From Laetmonice hystrix (Eukaryota), in the NCBI GenBank assembly GCA_965235115.1, contig OZ249446.1, positions 7,626,001-7,690,000 of the forward strand: a stretch of 64,000 nt of DNA, written 5' to 3'. A model generated the notes under the pieces. It was not told the DNA's origin, searched no databases, and saw nothing but the letters and a program-made list of their open reading frames with translations. Shown here in pieces: positions 62,099 through 64,000 of the stretch; within the stretch, counting starts at the first letter, position 1, and each line of letters begins with the position of its first letter. The translations under genes and the position numbers were made by a program.

Positions 62099-63092
62099 GT
62101 GTGTGTGAACAGTTTCCTCCGATTTGTACTAGATGTGCCTGTGGTCTCCCCACCCCGACCCCCAGCAGCAGTCTACCCACAGGCAATGCGTCCCGTATTC
62201 TCAACGTTTTAATCACGCCGCCCGTCAAAACGTAATCATGAACAGACTCGTTTCAAACCGTTAATGTCACATTTGTGATGCACTGCACGTGTGTCGATGT
62301 TGTAGATGTGTATGGTAACGAATACCAAGGAAGCCTTACGCAACACCGTATTGCTCTCATACTGTTCCACCCGTCGATCAGCAGTCGACCGACATCTGCT
62401 GAGAACAGTGGAGCCGTGGGTATTAAACCTTTCTGCTCCATGTTAACATTGGAATTGAAACGGTCTCGGTGTGCTTTGTAACACAAAGGCTTGGCATGTC
62501 ATATGAAAGCTTTGTAACTAAAAGCTTCCTATGTGTGGAGGCTGGAACTAAGTGCACAGTCTCAATAACGAACGGAATATGAAGAGAGCGCCTTTATGGA
62601 TAAACAGTATTGTACAGAGTTGCAGTTGTTTTTGTATGTTTGATAGACAAATGTCTTGATATATTTCAGTTTTTACACCGAGGTTGGTTGTAATCTGCAA
62701 TGACCTCTCTTCCACATACTGGTCAGATTACCAGGAAAGAAGATTGAGGATATATGTTAGTGATTATTTGTATTATCAGACGGGAGGCGGCGTACGACCA
62801 TCGGTAGAGTTTTTGTTTACAACAGTAAGAGTATCTGCTGACCATTTTTCTTTTCCTGACAGTCGCCACATCATATGTTGCGATCTTTTTTTCCCGCCTT
62901 AAAACTGTCAGGGCCGTTCAATTTTCGAATGGAAACGGCCTTAAAATTGGTAGTCGGCAGTTACGCCTTGTGTTGCACTCCGAACACTTGTAGAGATTAT
63001 TATAATTGGTCCTTCATATTGGAGCAGTGTTTCCCGCCATCAAAATGTCATCAGGCAAAGTGCTGTTAAAGCTTACGTGCCCTCAGGAAGTG

Positions 63093-63193
63093 TGCAGGTA
63101 ATTGCGAGCAGCGTTATTGTGAATTTTGCAGGTAATTGCGAGCAGCGTTATTGTGAAGTTTGCAGGTAATTGCGAGCAGCGTTATTGTGAATT
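63093..63193. repeat. 34-bp tandem repeat x3
   Basis: TGCAGGTAATTGCGAGCAGCGTTATTGTGAATTT at 63093, 63127 and 63161. Confidence 0.92.
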
Positions 63194-64000
63194 CAGAGCT
63201 GTGTAATACAAGGTAATGTATGGCCAGAGGGCAGCACTGGGCGTGGAGACGTGACCAAGTATGGTGTGTGCTCGCCACTGGAATACAACAACCCATACAG
63301 ATTTCTCGCTGCCGCAGCGTACAGTCACTTCTCTTCACTTCAGTAGTGATGATTTTTAACGTTTTTTTTGGTTTAGGCTTCATAGTATAAGGCAGAGGTT
63401 TGTAGTTTCTGTGCAACGACACCCGAATTCACCAAGATTGAGGATAATTTAAAAGAAAAGTATTGATTTACTCGGACATATGATTCTTATCTACATGTTA
63501 TTGACTGGAGAATAGCTCCTGTCTTATTTTGTATTTCCTGTGTCTGCTGCAGGAATTTAATGAATGGAGTTAGTGTAGATGAAACTAAAACTCAGAACGT
63601 GAAGAACAGCCATTGCTGTGATGTTGTAAAGCTCCCGCAGCCAGCTAATTGGGTGATTACGCCAAATTAAGAGTGATTTATAATCTGGTCGGAACATAAA
63701 GGTTACTTTTGTTCTTCAATTTACCATACCATTCATTTGGAGTCGGTTGTAATGCATGCCTGGGGGGATATTTATAATCAGAAACCTGTAAGAAGGAGAA
63801 TGTTTTCCGAGAGATGTAGGTGCAGGGTAAAGGCGGAGTATAGCCTGAAAACAACGAGGGATTGCCGTATCTTCTGGCCACAGCACATTCTGCCTGGCAA
63901 TCCGTCAATTAGGCACCCCAAGTTTTCTGTGTTGGTTGACGCCTGAAGAATGATTGAAGAGATCAGGCGAATAAAGAGTCTGGAGCTGAAGGCAACAGGA

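Overview
This is repeat-rich eukaryotic (metazoan) genomic DNA. A marine invertebrate, possibly a mollusc or other lophotrochozoan, is inferred only from the style of the SINEs and MITEs. There is no complete recognisable gene, rRNA, bona fide tRNA, CRISPR array or operon-like system. Nearly all ORFs in the track are chance or low-complexity products, including the 622-aa ORF, which is a translated minisatellite. Well supported: a 5'-truncated CR1/L2-group LINE reverse-transcriptase fragment with an open frame (1-450, minus); a DIRS/Ngaro-type tyrosine-recombinase fragment (61256-61615, minus); six complete MITEs with clear TIRs and target-site duplications (Harbinger-like TAA/CAG, Kolobok-like TTAA, hAT-like); several tRNA-derived SINE-like modules; at least eleven unrelated minisatellite arrays (units of 34-87 bp), concentrated at 36-63 kb; and a 140-N assembly gap. 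Scattered plus-strand exon-like segments suggest that the window may lie inside a long-intron gene. The most interesting observations are: (i) two candidate recursive-splice (AG|GT ratchet) sites; (ii) a 62-bp tandem array whose unit is built almost entirely of three hairpins, resembling a T-shaped ITR and a near-hammerhead; (iii) a 40-bp minisatellite carrying the Jeffreys 33.15 core, with nested 105-bp and 995-bp higher-order structure; and (iv) a repeat family with stacked tRNA-like Pol III modules. None is proven novel without database searches or transcript data.
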